NCBI RefSeq assembly: GCF_009914755.1
Contig: NC_060934.1
DNA from: the human T2T-CHM13v2.0 reference genome, Homo sapiens
Direction: 5' to 3' (one strand)
Length of the DNA: 64,000 bases
Positions within the stretch are counted from its first letter, which is position 1. Each line of letters opens with the position of its first letter. Below the pieces are notes generated by a model, which saw nothing but the letters and a program-made list of their open reading frames with translations, had not been told where the DNA came from and searched no databases. The position numbers and the translations under genes are program-made. Shown in pieces: positions 62,739 through 64,000 of the stretch.

Positions 62739-64000
62739 AGCAATGGCAACACAAGTTGGCAGCCACCACAGGCTTGGGAGTAAAAAGGTCCCTCGCAGTT
62801 TCCCATTGCTGGAAGAACATGAAGGGGGCCAGAAAAGAGGAGATGGCACAGTTAACTGGGGTCTGGAAGATGACAAAGACATGTCACTTACAGGATGGAC
62901 AGGAATGATGACTGGGCCTCCGAGAATAATTTATGAAAACCAAATATCCAGCCTTAAAGTAGAATGTGGACCTAAATACCCAGAAGCACCCGCTCTGTAA
63001 GATTTGTAATGAAAATTAATATGGAGTTAATAGTTCCAATGGAGTGGTGGGCCCAAGATCCATATCAGTGCTAGCAAAATGGCAGAATTCTTAAAGCATC
63101 AAAGTTGTCCTGCAAGAGCTTTGGCGCCCAACGATATCTAAAGAAAATATGAAAACTCCCTTAGCCTCCTGAAGGACAATGTTACAGCAATTAATCAAAA
63201 AGAAAAACCACAGGCCCTTCCCTTCCCCACAATTCAATTTAAGGAGTCTTCATTTTCCACAGTAAATTTTCTAGATATGTCTTGAAGACCTCAAAGTACT
63301 GGAAAAGAAGCTCCCATTCAAAGGAAATTTATCTTAAGATACTAAATGATACTAATTTTTTGTCCATTTGAAATATGTAAATTGTGCTATAATAAGTTAT
63401 CCTGTCAAGTGTAACCACTGTCCACGTAGTTGAAATTCTGGGATCAAGAAAGTATATTTAAATTGACTCCCATCATAACTGGTGGGGCACATCTAACTGT
63501 GAAAAGACACATCACACAATCACCTTTCTGTTGATTACATGGCCTGGGCTCTCTGCCTTCTCTCCTTGCCCCTCCCCCCAGCTCGTACCCTCCCTGCAAC
63601 AGCCCTCTACTCTGGGGTGCTTGTTACCCTCTTGCCCTAAATCTTCCTTTCTCTTGCAAACAAATCCACAGTCTACTGAAAGCAGATTATTACATTGGAA
63701 AGGTTTCTTTACTAATTTTACACTTACTCTACAGATCTTGATTTCAGGGGATTCTTTCCAATAGTTAACTCATTAAGTTACACGGCATAATTTAAGTGTA
63801 CCAGAACTGTTAGAGCAATGGAAACCAATGCCTTGTGATGTGAAATATTCCATCACGCATGCTAACTTGATTAAATGCCATTTTAGTATCTTCTTATTGA
63901 ACATACGTAGATGTGAAGGCTTCAGGCGGCAGCCTGCTGGGTACATGGGGTGCTTTGCCTGCACCCCTGGTTTAAGTCTTAAATGATGCCCCTTCCAAGC
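62739..64000 (+). pseudogene. UBE2V1P: UBE2V1 (UEV1A) processed pseudogene, running off the window end
   Basis: Intronless match to [20 protein letters not shown]...GDGTVSWGLEDDEDM...[10 protein letters not shown]...PEGQCYSN* over 62756-63194. ATG is changed to TTG and there are several frameshifts. 3' UTR similarity continues to 63626 and resumes at 63907. The specific pseudogene number is not determined. Confidence 0.95.

Overview
This is human nuclear DNA: a full-length AluYa5 at 47613-47911 matches the consensus as I recall it, and AluYa5 is essentially human-specific. The window is non-coding and repeat-rich. It holds about 33 Alus, old L1/L2/MIR/CR1 fragments, MaLR and ERVL solo LTRs (several with intact target-site duplications, TSDs), and MER DNA transposons. 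I recognise no intact protein-coding exon, tRNA, rRNA or CRISPR array. The only gene-derived coding sequence is a UBE2V1 processed pseudogene from about 62739 to the window end. A CpG island near 46440-46990 lies between two convergent CTCF-like motifs, and a 2.2-kb AT-rich compound minisatellite at 27479-29675 has a palindrome near its centre. The least expected signals are: (i) an orphan, non-TE retrocopy with poly(A) signal, tail and 17-bp TSD inside an old L1; (ii) short locally duplicated segments 1.6-2.0 kb apart, one ending at a fold-back Alu junction; (iii) an old inverted duplication with a 48-bp identical core; (iv) a 280-bp non-TE insert splitting the pseudogene 3' UTR; (v) a 78-nt cloverleaf-like fold in the CpG island. 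I cannot support a claim of a new biological system. These are candidates for follow-up. Repeat subfamily names come from recalled consensus sequences, and boundaries are approximate unless a TSD is given.
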